DNA from: Thermoanaerobaculia bacterium
Lineage (GTDB): Bacteria > Acidobacteriota > Thermoanaerobaculia > Multivoradales > Multivoraceae
Assembly: GCA_963664405.1 (NCBI GenBank)
Contig: OY761158.1
Coordinates: forward strand, 3,936,001 to 4,000,000
Direction: 5' to 3'
Length of the DNA stretch: 64,000 bases
The notes beneath the pieces were generated by a model, which saw nothing but the letters and a program-made list of their open reading frames with translations, was not told the DNA's origin and did not search any database. Each line of letters begins with the position of its first letter. Positions within the stretch are counted from its first letter, which is position 1. This document shows positions 30,303 to 41,388 of the stretch, in pieces. A program made the translations under genes and the position numbers.

Positions 30303-33278
30303 ATGAACATGAAACACACTGTCCTGGCCTTGCTCGCGGTCGGCTGGGTCGCGACTGCAGCCTCGCCTCAACAGGGCGCGAAAGGTGGCGAATGGCGGGA
30401 GTTCGGCGGCGACAAGGGCTCGTCGAAGTACTCGCCCCTATCCCAGATCGACGCTTCGAACTTCTCCCAGCTGGAGGTGGCCTGGCGTTGGGAGTCAGCG
30501 GACCTGCTGGTCGATGAGAAATCTCCCTATCCGCGGCAGAAGTTCCGCTCGACCCCGTTGATGGTGAAGGGTGTCGTTTACGTACCCACCGAGCTGAGCC
30601 AGCTGGCAGCGCTCGACGCCGGCACTGGCGAGCAGCTCTGGCTCTACGACCCCAAGAGCTACGACCAGGGTAAACCGGCGCAGCCCAACTACTACACCCG
30701 TTCGGTGGTGTATTGGACCGACGGCGAGGCCGGCGAGGCCGGTGGAATCGAGCGCATCATCATGGCGACGATCGGTAGACAGCTGGTGTCGATCGACGCC
30801 GTGACCGGACGCCCCGATCCCACTTTCGGCGAGGGCGGCATCGTCGATCTGTCGCGAGACTTGGGCCGCGAAGGCATCGCCATCCGCAACATCAGTCACG
30901 GAGTGCCGGCCATTGTAGTCCGCGACACCATCGTCCTCGGCTCGAGAGTCTTCGACCTGCCCCCGCGCGACAACAGCCCGCCAGGGCATATCCGCGCCTA
31001 CGACGTGCGCACCGGCAAGCTCAAGTGGCGCTTCCACACCATCCCGCAGGAGGGCGAGGATTTCGTCGACGCCTGGGAGAACGAGTCGTGGAGAACGGCG
31101 GGGAACACCAATGCCTGGGCACCGCTCAGCGCCGACGAGGAGCTCGGCTATGTCTACGTCGGCACCTCGACCCCGACTAACGATTTCTACGGCGGCCACC
31201 GTCACGGCGACAACGTCTACGCCGAGAGCTTGATCTGCATCGATGTCAGCACCGGCAAGCGTGTCTGGCACTTTCAGACCGTGCACCACGGGATCTGGGA
31301 CTACGACATCGCCTCGGCGCCGAACCTGATCGATGTGGTTGTCGACGGCCGACTGGTCAAGGCCGTGGCGCAGGTGTCGAAGACGGCTTTTACCTATGTC
31401 TTCGACCGCGTCACCGGGGAGCCGCTGTGGCCGATCGAAGAGCGGCCGGTGAACAACAACTCGCCGGTTCCGGGCGAGCGACTCTCGCCGACTCAGCCCT
31501 TTCCGACCAAGCCGCCGGCCTTCGACCGCCAGGGCTTGGTTGTCGACGATCTGATCGACTTCACTGGCGAGCTACGACAGGAGGCCCTCGAGATCGCGAA
31601 AGGATACGTCATGGGGCCGATGTTCCCGCCTGTGATCGTCAGCGGCGAGGGGGGCAAGGACGCGGCGATCGTTCTGCCCAGCGCCGGCGGCGGAGCGAAC
31701 CACGCGGGTGCCTCGATCGACCCCGCGACCGGGATTCTCTACGTCCCGTCATCGACGAGAGTGTCTGCAATGGCGGTGGTGAAGCCAGACCCGGCGCGAT
31801 CCGATTGGCGATATGTCCTCGATTCTTTTCGCGGCGTCGAAGGACCCCAGGGGCTGCCGCTCGTCAAGCCTCCCTACGGGCGCATCACCGCGATCGATCT
31901 TGGGACCGGCCAGCACGCCTGGCAGATTCCGTTCGGCGACGGCCCGACCCGCCACCCTGCGATCAAGCACCTCGACCTCGGCCCGCTGGGCAACTCGCGG
32001 GTCGCAAACGAGGGTGGGCTCCTGGTCACCAGGACCTTGCTCATCGGCTACGTCCATAAGCAGGACGACCTGGGCAAAGAGCTGCTCGGTGGTACGCGCC
32101 TGCATGCCTATGACAAGACCAGCGGCAAGCTTCTGGCGGAGCTCGAGGTCGCCGCCACTCTGCACAGTGCGCCGATGACCTATCTGCACCAGGGTCGTCA
32201 GTACATCGTCATCGCGGGTGGCGACGCGAAAGGGAGGCAGAGTCCGGCGCAGAAGGCAGAGCTGTTGGCGTTCGCACTGCCCGCGGCCATCGCTCCAGTG
32301 GTCTCTGCGGCGGAGCCTGTGGTCCGAGTGGAGCGACTCCTCGATCGACCCATCATCACGCCCGATCTGCATCCCTCGATCGGTGAGAATATCCAGGGCC
32401 CCTCTGCGATCCGAGTGCCCGACTGGGTCGAGGATCGACTCGGCGACTACTATCTCTACTTCGCCGATCACAAAGGACTCTACATCCGGCTCGCCTACGC
32501 CAATGAGCTCGAGGGGCCGTGGTCGATTCATCCACCGGGCAGTCTGCAGATCAAAGGTTCCCACTTCCTGACCGAGCCACCCGAAGTCGCGCCGGAAGTT
32601 CTTGCCGAGATTGCCGCTCGGAGGCGCGGCAACATGTCTCACAGCGTGCTCACGGAGATCACGACCCCGCACATCGCATCTCCCGACGTCCACGTCGACT
32701 CTGCGAAGCGACGGATTGTGATGTATTTCCACGGCTTGAATGATGTCGGAACCCAGCGAACACGAGTCGCCACATCGAGTAACGGTATCGACTTCAAAAC
32801 CCAGCCCCAGACACTCGGGCGCAGTTACTTTCGGGTCTTCGATTACAAGGGCACGACCTACTCGCTGGTCAGCGGCGGTGTCCTCTGGCGTTCGAAGGAC
32901 CGTTTTCGTGACTTCGAGTCGGGGCCGGACCTGTTCACGGGGAATCTGCGCCACGCAGCGCTGTTGAAGCGGGGCGACACCCTCTGGGTGTTTTATTCAC
33001 AGCGGGGCGACGCACCCGAGCGGATTCTGCTGAGTCGCATCGAGCTCTCCGCCGACTGGCTCGACTGGAAGGCCAGCGAAGCGGTCGAGGTGTTGAGGCC
33101 GGAGCACGATTGGGAAGGCGCCGATGCTCCAAGCGTCCCGTCGGTGGGTAGCACCGCCTACGGGCACGTGAATCAGCTGCGCGATCCGGCCATCCTCGAG
33201 GACGACGGGCGCATCTTCCTGTTCTATGCCGTGGCCGGAGAAAGCGGGATCGCACTTGCGGAAGTGTTCATCGATTGA
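30303..33278 (+). CDS. PQQ-dependent (glucose-type) dehydrogenase fused to a C-terminal glycosidase-like beta-propeller
   Basis: GSSKYSPLSQI, PGHIRAYDVRTG, WHFQTVHHGIWDYD, APMTYLHQGRQY; then NIQGPS, YYLYFADHKG, HIASPDVH, QLRDPAI. Confidence 0.85.
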   Translation: MNMKHTVLALLAVGWVATAASPQQGAKGGEWREFGGDKGSSKYSPLSQIDASNFSQLEVAWRWESADLLVDEKSPYPRQKFRSTPLMVKGVVYVPTELSQLAALDAGTGEQLWLYDPKSYDQGKPAQPNYYTRSVVYWTDGEAGEAGGIERIIMATIGRQLVSIDAVTGRPDPTFGEGGIVDLSRDLGREGIAIRNISHGVPAIVVRDTIVLGSRVFDLPPRDNSPPGHIRAYDVRTGKLKWRFHTIPQEGEDFVDAWENESWRTAGNTNAWAPLSADEELGYVYVGTSTPTNDFYGGHRHGDNVYAESLICIDVSTGKRVWHFQTVHHGIWDYDIASAPNLIDVVVDGRLVKAVAQVSKTAFTYVFDRVTGEPLWPIEERPVNNNSPVPGERLSPTQPFPTKPPAFDRQGLVVDDLIDFTGELRQEALEIAKGYVMGPMFPPVIVSGEGGKDAAIVLPSAGGGANHAGASIDPATGILYVPSSTRVSAMAVVKPDPARSDWRYVLDSFRGVEGPQGLPLVKPPYGRITAIDLGTGQHAWQIPFGDGPTRHPAIKHLDLGPLGNSRVANEGGLLVTRTLLIGYVHKQDDLGKELLGGTRLHAYDKTSGKLLAELEVAATLHSAPMTYLHQGRQYIVIAGGDAKGRQSPAQKAELLAFALPAAIAPVVSAAEPVVRVERLLDRPIITPDLHPSIGENIQGPSAIRVPDWVEDRLGDYYLYFADHKGLYIRLAYANELEGPWSIHPPGSLQIKGSHFLTEPPEVAPEVLAEIAARRRGNMSHSVLTEITTPHIASPDVHVDSAKRRIVMYFHGLNDVGTQRTRVATSSNGIDFKTQPQTLGRSYFRVFDYKGTTYSLVSGGVLWRSKDRFRDFESGPDLFTGNLRHAALLKRGDTLWVFYSQRGDAPERILLSRIELSADWLDWKASEAVEVLRPEHDWEGADAPSVPSVGSTAYGHVNQLRDPAILEDDGRIFLFYAVAGESGIALAEVFID

Positions 33279-33707
33279 AGCCGGGACGGCAGTGCATGTA
33301 CTAACGAGGCTCGAGCCAGTTCCCGCCCTGCATCACTCGTGCGATCTTGCGCGTGTTGCCGATGTCGGCGACGAAGTCGCCGGGGGGACCTTGTGGATGG
33401 AGCTGCGCTATCCCTGGGAGGCTTCGCTGGACGAGCTGCTCGCACGCGTACGCAAGGGCCCGGCGCGCGGGTGAGGGTGAAGAGGCCAAGCGCCGAGGCC
33501 TCTCAGCGACCGGGCTGGCGAGATGAGCCCGGGTGGAGCAGGAGCCGCAGGTTGACGAGCCGTGTGAGCCAGTCCACCCAAGTGCTCAGAATAGGACGGG
33601 CTCAGTCTCCGGTGCTAGGGTGAGGTTGTGAGCCCCGTCGAGGAGCAGTACCGGCGAGAGATCGCGACCTGGTCCGGCGCCCGGCGTGTCGAGAGATGGG
33701 AGCGAGC

Positions 33708-33935
33708 TCACCCTCTCTTCATGAGTAGTCGTAAGGAGGCCTCTACCATACCGCGGTCTTCGGTGATGTTCGCGTCCTTGTCGGGATGCACCCGCAGATA
33801 CCAGGGATTCCACACCCACGGCTCGAGAAACGCCTCCGGATCACTCACCGTCGCTTCCCACTTGAGCACGTCGCCCATCCGCGTGTAGCGCTCGGTGGCC
33901 TCCATGCGAGGCACGCCGGACGGAAAGCAGTGCAT
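33708..33935 (-). pseudogene. Fragment of a secreted hypothetical protein family
   Basis: TERYTRMGDVLKWEATVSDPEAFLEPW resembles the C-terminus of the 21880 family. Confidence 0.5.
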
Positions 33936-34034
33936 CTCCGGGTCTTCCTGGTTGCCGAATCCTGTCGTAGGACCGAGGCGAAACTGCTAGGATGTGTTGA
34001 CCAAGAACCGTATCGAGAGATGGAGGCAGGCACC

Positions 34035-35474
34035 ATGACGACCATGCGGAGTTCGTGCTGGACGCCAGTCGTGTTGCCAGCGTTGCTCACGTTGGCGGTT
34101 GCCACGCTGGTGGCGTTCCCCCTGCCTGCGGCCGGGCAGGTCGCGACGCAGGAACCGGTGACATACACCAAAGACATCGCACCGATTCTGCAGCGGAGCT
34201 GCCAGCACTGCCACAACCCTGACTCCGTCGCACCGATGTCATTGCTCACCTACGACGAGGTGCGCCCGTGGGTGAGGGCTATCAAATACCGAACCGGGCT
34301 GCGCAGCAAGCCAGAAGTGATGCCCCCGTGGTTCATCGAGAAGGACATCGGCATCGAGGACTACAACGGCGACATCTCCCTGAGCGAGGAAGAGATCGCG
34401 AAGATTGCCAGGTGGGCCGACAGCGGAGCCCCCCGCGGCAATCCGGCCGACCTGCCGCCGCCGATCAAGTTCGTTGGCGCACACGAATGGCAGATCGGCG
34501 AGCCGGACTTGATCATCTCGTCTCCCGAAGTGGAGGTCAGCGGCACGGCTCCCGACTGGTGGGGCCCGATCGGGCAGACACCGACAGGCTTGACCGAGGA
34601 CCGATACGTCGCGGTGATCGAGATGAAGGAAGTGAGCGACTTCGAGGGGACACCTGAGAGATATGGGATCGGTGGGCTCTATGTCATTCACCACGTCATC
34701 TACGACATGGTCGATGCCAACGGCGAACCGGACGACACGGCGGTCAGGGGGTGGCCTATCCACGAAGTGGGGCGCAACGCCCACTTCTTCCATCCGGAGG
34801 CAGGCAAGCTGCTGAAGGCCGGCTCGAAAATCAACTTCACCTCCGCCCATCTCCACTCGAACGGCAGACACATGCGGGCGCGGCTGGACATCGGCCTGAA
34901 GTTCCATCCGAAGGGGTATGAGCCGACGCTGAACATCCGGCGCTATCTCCCCGGCGTGCTCGACCTCGATATCCGGCCGATGGAGGCGAACCAGAAGTTC
35001 GAAGCGTTCATGACGCTCACGGAGCACGTGAAGATGACGGTGTTCGAGCCCCATATGCATGCCGCCGGGGTGAGAATGTGTATGGGCGCGATCTGGGGGA
35101 GCGTGGTCGAGACGCTCACGTGCGCCGGCTACAATCACAGCTGGGTCAGGGTCTATACGTATGCGGCCGACGCGGCGCCGCTGCTGCCGAAGGGCACGAT
35201 CTTGCGCATCACCGGCTATTTCGACAACACGCCGGCGAACAAGAACGTCTCCGACCCCAGAAACTGGTCCGGGTTGGGCCACCGCTCGATCGACAACATG
35301 ATGATCAACCTCGGGGAAGGCATCTCCCTGACCGACGAGGAGTACCAGCAAGAGCTGGCCGAGCGACGGGCGAAACTCCAGCTTGCCGAGGGGCAGATGG
35401 TGCCGGGCTGTCCACAGTGTGCCTACCGCTTGATTCCGAGTTTGACCGCCGACGACAGCCAGGACCAGCAGTAA
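34035..35474 (+). CDS. Secreted cytochrome c / copper type II monooxygenase-like protein
   Basis: VTYTKDIAPILQRSCQHCH (CxxCH), MPPW, VIHHV, PHMHAAG. Confidence 0.8.
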   Translation: MTTMRSSCWTPVVLPALLTLAVATLVAFPLPAAGQVATQEPVTYTKDIAPILQRSCQHCHNPDSVAPMSLLTYDEVRPWVRAIKYRTGLRSKPEVMPPWFIEKDIGIEDYNGDISLSEEEIAKIARWADSGAPRGNPADLPPPIKFVGAHEWQIGEPDLIISSPEVEVSGTAPDWWGPIGQTPTGLTEDRYVAVIEMKEVSDFEGTPERYGIGGLYVIHHVIYDMVDANGEPDDTAVRGWPIHEVGRNAHFFHPEAGKLLKAGSKINFTSAHLHSNGRHMRARLDIGLKFHPKGYEPTLNIRRYLPGVLDLDIRPMEANQKFEAFMTLTEHVKMTVFEPHMHAAGVRMCMGAIWGSVVETLTCAGYNHSWVRVYTYAADAAPLLPKGTILRITGYFDNTPANKNVSDPRNWSGLGHRSIDNMMINLGEGISLTDEEYQQELAERRAKLQLAEGQMVPGCPQCAYRLIPSLTADDSQDQQ

Positions 35475-35515
35475 CTGACCGCTTTGCGTGGAATGTGCCC
35501 TTCAGGAGGCAGACG

Positions 35516-36437
35516 ATGATGAGCGTAAGGCGTCTTCCGGGGCCCATCGTGACAGGCTGCGTTCTCGGTGTGATCATGGCTGCGGTGTTGGCAACGCAGT
35601 CGCGGACCAGCGCCCAGGTGGCGCAGGCGACCGGTCAGAATATCGCAGCGGTGTACGAAGGGTGGGAGCAGAATCCCGACGGGTCGTACAATCTCCTGTT
35701 CGGGTACTTCAACCGGAACTGGGAGGAGGAGATCGACGTGGCGATCGGCCCGGACAACGCGATCGAGCCGGGCGGACCCGATCAGGGACAGCCGACTCAC
35801 TTTCAGCCGAGACGCAATCGGTTCGTCTTCAAGGTTCGCGTCCCCGAAGACTTCGGCGACAGAGAGGTGGTGTGGACGCTCACCAGTCACGGGAAGACCG
35901 AGCGGGCGTACGCGACGCTCCACCCCGATTACTCCGTCGATGACCAAGTGATCATGAACAACAACGGCGCGGGCGGCGGCGGCGGGGGCGCGTACAACGT
36001 TTTGGGGAACAAACCGCCCGTGCTCGAAGGTGGAGAGCGACAAGATCCGATCCGTCAAGGTGGGGCAACCGGTCACGTTGACCACGTTCGCCAGTGATGA
36101 TGGGGTGCCGAAGCGGCGAGCCATGAAGCCGCCCCGTGTCGGCACCCGTCGCGAAGTGACCCCCAACAGCGCGAGCGGGCTGCGCCTCTCCTGGTTCGTG
36201 TACCGAGGCGCCGCCAAGGTAACCTTCGATCCAGCGCAGATCAAGGTCTGGGAGGACCACAGAGACGGTGCCAACTCGGCGTGGTCCGCGGGCTGGGGAC
36301 CACCGCCGGTGCCTCCGGACGGCAAGTGGGTCAGCCGGGCGACGTTCAGCGACCCCGGCACCTACGTGCTGCGGTGTCTCGCCCATGACGGCGGCCTCAT
36401 GACGCACGAGGATGTGACCTTCGTGGTCAACCGTTAG
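35516..36437 (+). pseudogene. Conserved secreted hypothetical protein, frameshift near 36025
   Basis: YEGWEQNPDGS..FGYFNRN continues in another frame to PGTYVLRCLAHDG. Confidence 0.7.
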
Positions 36438-36512
36438 AGCCGGGAGCCCGGGAGCGGTAACCTCCCAGGCCACCCGGCTCGATATGGGCGACACGACGCC
36501 TTCTGACGCCCG

Positions 36513-36970
36513 CTACCTCGACACCAGGTAGGTCATCTTGACGGCCAGCTGCCGATTCCGCAGCCACGGCACACCGGGCACGTCCATGCGCAGCTCGTCG
36601 TAAGCGACGTAGATGTCACTTCCCGGGCTGTAGATCCAGTTGAACCGGACGCTCGTGCTCACCCCAGACGTCGAGGAGTTGTACTGCGACAAGGTGCGCA
36701 GGGTCATCCGCGGCGACAGCGCCAGATCGAAGCGGAGCAATGCAAGGTCGGCGACGAACGCGCCCCCCGGCAGCTCGACGTCGCTCCGCAGGAACGCCGC
36801 CTCGGCCGCGACCGAGCTCGTCGCCCGCAACCCGATGGTCGCCTCGATGTCGATCCGCGTGCCGTCGAAGAACGTCTGGGGGGAGTAGCGAAGCCGGCTA
36901 TAGACGCGGCGCGATGGATCACTGGTGTACCGAAAGTTCCATTCGCCGAAGCGATAGGTGCTCGATGCAG
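36513..36970 (-). pseudogene. C-terminal fragment of a DUF5916-like outer-membrane protein
   Basis: QYNS..SVRFNWIYSPGSDIYVAYDE..RQLAVKMTYL. Confidence 0.7.
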
Positions 36971-36978
36971 AGCCGTTT

Positions 36979-37371
36979 TTAACTTCCATAACCTTCTCCA
37001 AGTTGATAAGACATTTTTTGAAATAATGTATGATTATACTTTGTATCTGTTCTATGTAAGTAAAGCGACTGCCTTTGAATTTGAGCTCCCAATTCTTCCC
37101 AGTCTTCATTTGAATTCGGGATAAAGATTTTTAGAAATTTTCCATTGAGCTGGTAGGCTCTAAGGGTCTGGGGGTATAAATCAGGAGCCTGTTTGAAATC
37201 TAAAGTTTCAACCACCGGTACTACAAAAGTGTAGTCCGGGCATTCACCATTCACTTTAAAACCAGACCTGAATTTATCCCAATCTCCCTTTGGCCAGGCA
37301 TCTTTACTCCAGTCCGTCAGTTTATTCAGGACTTCACAATTAACACCCAGCTCTGCCATTAAGGGAATCAA
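36979..37371 (-). pseudogene. Low-GC foreign gene fragment
   Basis: Abrupt AT-rich patch with different codon usage. Confidence 0.4.
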
Positions 37372-37471
37372 TCGATATAAATGATCTGCATGACGCTGTG
37401 GACTACTTACAAAGCCAATGAGCCTGACTCCTGAATCCTTGCTCCAGTCGCCTTTCCTTCGCGAAGATGCT

Positions 37472-37745
37472 CTAACGTCGATTGATCAGCACGAGTCCCG
37501 TTCCAACCAGGCTGAGCGCGAGCAGGAACCGCCAGGTCAGCAGGTCGTCGAAGATCAGCCACCCAAAGAAGACGCCAAAGATCGGCGCGAGCAAACTAAA
37601 TGAGGACATGTTACTGACGGAATAGATCCGTAATATCCATAGCCACATCAGAAAACCAAAGCCGGCGATCGCGACCACCTGAAACGAAAAGACACCGACG
37701 ATCAGCGGCGTGACCTCGCGGACGGTATCGCCAGCCAGCGGTGCT
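37472..37745 (-). pseudogene. DMT/EamA transporter C-terminal fragment
   Basis: FGFLMWLWIL..SFSLLAPIFGVFFGWLIFDD. Confidence 0.75.
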
Positions 37746-37763
37746 AGCGAGAGGAGAACAACT

Positions 37764-38412
37764 GCGTTTCGAGCCGACCTTCGGCTACCTTCGCAGCGTG
37801 GTCGCAAGGGTGGTGTACCGGTACTTGGACTGCGGCCTTCTCGAACAGGGCTTCGCCCGCCTCAAGTGCGAGGGATGCGGTCAGAGCGCAATCGTCGCGT
37901 TCTCCTGCAAACAGCGCTGCGTATGCCCCTCATGCCACCAGAAGCGAGAGCTTCTGTGGGCTGAGGGGGCCGGTGAAGAGCTGCTCGAGGACGTGCCTCA
38001 CCGCCAGGTCGTCTTCACGATCCCCAAACGGCTCCGCATCTTCTTCCGCTACGACCGCAAGCTGCTCGGAGAGCTGGCGAGTTGCGCCTGGCGAGCCCTT
38101 CGGCTTTACCTGGTCGCTTCATTCGACCGCGGAGACATGGTCCCAGGAGGGATCGGCTTCATCCAGACGTCCGGGGAGCTGTTGCGATTTCACCCACATA
38201 TCCACGTCCTGATGGCCGATGGCGCCGGGCTCCCTGACGGGACCTTTCGACACCTTCTCTACTTCGACGCTGAGAAGGTGGAGCGCCTCTTCCGAGCCGA
38301 GGTGCTCAGGATGCTGCTCGAGAAGGGACGGATCGACGCTGACACGGTGGACAACATGCTCTCCTGGCCGCACAGCGGCTTGTGGACCCACGGCTCGGTG
38401 CGGGCTGAGGAC
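37764..38412 (+). pseudogene. IS91-like rolling-circle transposase, middle part
   Basis: YLDCG..GFARLKCEGC..FSCKQRCVCPSC, HRQVVFTIPKRLR, HUH motif HPHIHVL; C-terminus missing. Confidence 0.88.
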
Positions 38413-38723
38413 CTTGTTGGCGGGAATCCAGGCGGAACCCCAAGAGCCGGAGCCCCTCGCTCACTCACCGCCAGCCCCCGAGCTGGTCTATGAGCCTGTC
38501 TGAGACACCCATCCCTGCCGACACAAAGAGCGCCTGACGCTCCCGGGGGACCCTCGACTCCTCTGGCCCCCCTCCGGGGACTCCCGGGGGGCCCCGCTGC
38601 CGCGCACGCCCCCAAGCACTCTCGCGACCCACCTGCCGCCAGGCCCGCGCACTCTAATCCCGCTGTCGAGCCACCGAGAAGTGACCCCCAGGACCTCCAG
38701 CTCTCGCCCAGGCCTCCGAAAAC

Positions 38724-38750
38724 CCTCATGCTCCTCATGCTCCTCATGCT
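38724..38750 (+). repeat. Tandem repeat CCTCATGCT x3
   Basis: Three exact 9-mers just before AAAAGCGATTTCCTACCC. Confidence 0.7.
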
Positions 38751-38851
38751 CAGAAAAGCGATTTCCTACCCGTACCCCCCCGCGCTTCGTCGCAGGACCT
38801 ACTGATAGAGTCCCGCCTCACAAAGTCAACAGAAAGCATCGGAGTACCTCC

Positions 38852-40657
38852 ATGGAGAGCGTCGTAAAACCGCTCGTGTCCCGATTGACGGCTCTCGTCG
38901 TCGCTTTCGTCACCTTGTGCTGTGCGTCACTGGTGACTGCCGAAGTGCCGTCGTCACGCGACTTCACACCGGTTACCGACGCCATGCTCCAGGATCCGGC
39001 GCCGGGGGACTGGCTGATGTTCCGCCGCACCCTCGACAGCTGGGGCTACAGCCCACTGGATGAGATCCACCGGGAGAACGTGGATGAGCTGCGCATGGTC
39101 TGGTCGCGCGCCCTGACCGAGAACACCGGAGAGGCGACGCCGCTGGCATACGCCGGAGTCCTCTATGTTCCCAACACAAACGATGTCATTCAGGCGATCG
39201 ATGCCATAACCGGCGACCTCATCTGGGAGTACCGGCGCGACCTGCCGGATGATCTCTATGGCTATGTCGGGGGCAACGCCGCCAACAACCGGAACATCGC
39301 CATCTACGACCGACTGATCATCAACACCAGCGACGACAACTACGCTTTCGCTCTCGATGCGGTGACCGGCGAGATCGTTTGGGAAACGAAGATCCACGAC
39401 TACAAGATCAACCCGGCCACCCACAGCTCGGGACCGATCATCGCCGATGGCAAGGCGGTCTCTGGACGGAGCTGCCGACCGTGGGGCGGGCCGGACGCCT
39501 GCGTCATGATCGCCCACGACGCGCGTACCGGAAAGGAACTGTGGCGGAGACGCACGATGCCGGCTCCGGGAGAGCCCGGTGACGAGACCTGGGGCGACGT
39601 CCCGGATGAGAAGCGACAGCACGTCGGCACGTGGGGGGTGCCGAGCTACGACCCCGAGCTGAAACTGCTCTACTTCGGCACCGGGGTCACCTCGCCGGCG
39701 CCGAAGTTCCTGCTCGGCGGCATCGAGAAGACACACCTCTACCACAACTCGACGCTTGCGCTCGATGCCGAGTCGGGCAAGCTCGAGTGGTACTACCAGC
39801 ATATGAACGACCACTGGGACCTGGACCATCCCTTCGAGCGCATCCTCGTCGATACGGTGGTTAAACCCGACCCCGAAGCTGTGCGCTGGATCAAGCCGGG
39901 GCTCAAAGCGGGAGAAGTCCGCAAAGTGATGACCGGTATTCCGGGCAAGACCGGACTGGTCTACACCCTCGACCGCGAGACCGGCGAGTTCCTGTGGGCG
40001 ACGCCGACCGTCCCCCAGAACGTGATCGAGCACATCGACGGCGCCACCGGCAAAGCGACCGAGAATAGAGAGCTCATCTTCACTGAGCTCGAGCAGGAAA
40101 TGCTTGTGTGCCCCTCCTGGGCGGGCGGGAAGGACTGGGAGGCCGGCGCCTACAGCCCCCTGACCAAGATGATGTACTTTCCACTGCGCCAAGCCTGCGC
40201 CAGCATGTTGGTAACTGGCAACCTCGACAGCCCGCGGGCGCAAGCCATGGCGCAGAGAGTCTCCACCTACTCGCTCGCGGCCAACCACATGCTGGCACCA
40301 GGTACCGACCAGCTCGGAACCGTGCGCGCGATCTCGGTGGAGACCGGCACGACGAAATGGCTGTGGGAAACGCGACCCGCAACCTTCTCGCTCGTGGCCA
40401 CCGGCGGCGGGCTCGTCTTCGGTGGTGACGAGAACGGGCGCTTCAGGGCCTTCGACGACGAGACCGGCGAGGTGCTGTGGGAGATCAATCTCGGATCTCC
40501 GGTCATGGGCTTCCCGATCACCTATGCCGTCGACGGACAACAGTATGTAGCCGTCTCGACCGGCCCGGGCAGAACGACCAATCTCCGCATGACACCCGAC
40601 CTCCACCCGAGCCGCGGCAGCAATCTTTTCGTGTTTGCACTCCCCCGCCGAAACTGA
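38852..40657 (+). CDS. PQQ-dependent dehydrogenase (alcohol-dehydrogenase-like)
   Basis: DWLMFRRT..WGYSPL, YQHMNDHWDLD, GFPITYAVDGQQYVAV, LFVFALP. Confidence 0.9.
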   Translation: MESVVKPLVSRLTALVVAFVTLCCASLVTAEVPSSRDFTPVTDAMLQDPAPGDWLMFRRTLDSWGYSPLDEIHRENVDELRMVWSRALTENTGEATPLAYAGVLYVPNTNDVIQAIDAITGDLIWEYRRDLPDDLYGYVGGNAANNRNIAIYDRLIINTSDDNYAFALDAVTGEIVWETKIHDYKINPATHSSGPIIADGKAVSGRSCRPWGGPDACVMIAHDARTGKELWRRRTMPAPGEPGDETWGDVPDEKRQHVGTWGVPSYDPELKLLYFGTGVTSPAPKFLLGGIEKTHLYHNSTLALDAESGKLEWYYQHMNDHWDLDHPFERILVDTVVKPDPEAVRWIKPGLKAGEVRKVMTGIPGKTGLVYTLDRETGEFLWATPTVPQNVIEHIDGATGKATENRELIFTELEQEMLVCPSWAGGKDWEAGAYSPLTKMMYFPLRQACASMLVTGNLDSPRAQAMAQRVSTYSLAANHMLAPGTDQLGTVRAISVETGTTKWLWETRPATFSLVATGGGLVFGGDENGRFRAFDDETGEVLWEINLGSPVMGFPITYAVDGQQYVAVSTGPGRTTNLRMTPDLHPSRGSNLFVFALPRRN

Positions 40658-40697
40658 ATCACGCGTCATCCCAGTGATCTACTTCCACCGAGGGCTC

Positions 40698-41388
40698 GTG
40701 CACAGATCATTGACTGGCCTCATCTTCATCGCACTCGCGTGTGGGCACCTTGCCTGCACCGAACCTCCCGAGCAAGTGCCCTCGCCGACCTCGGGCACGC
40801 CCGCAGCCGAGCGGCCGAACTTCGTCATCATCTTTGCCGACGATCAGGGCTATGGCGACCTGGGGGCCAGGGATCATTCCGCCGGGACGAGTGACCTCCG
40901 AGGTCGCAACCACCATGGATCTCCTACCCACCTTCATCACCATGGCTGGCGCTTCCCTGCCCGACGACCGCACCCTCGACGGCCATGACATCTCACCGCT
41001 CTTGTTGGGCGAACCTGACGCCGAGAGCCCGTACGAGGCCTTCTACTATCACACCGAGACCCATCTCGATGCGGTGCGCAGCGGGCCGTGGAAGCTCGTC
41101 TTCCCGCGCCCCGGTCGTGACGATGCCGAGTGGCTCGTGTCGAAGAGCGGGAACTTCCTCGGCGAGATTCTGCGGCCGGTAGAGGAGCTCGAGCTCTACA
41201 ACCTGGAAGACGATATCGGCGAGAGTCACAACCTGCGAGACCTCCATCCCGAAGTGGTGGCTCGTCTCGAGAGACTGGCGGAATCGGCCCGGCAGGAATT
41301 GGGCGACTACGACCGCATCGGCAAGGGGGTGCGGTTTTTCGAAGATGGGCCTAGGTGGCCGCGGCGACAGAAGTGGATCACCCACTAG
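40698..41388 (+). pseudogene. Arylsulfatase with large internal deletion
   Basis: RPNFVIIFADDQGYGDLG joined out of frame to PGIIPPG..MDLLPTF..AVRSGPWKL..LYNLEDDIGE; catalytic CxPxR absent. Confidence 0.85.
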
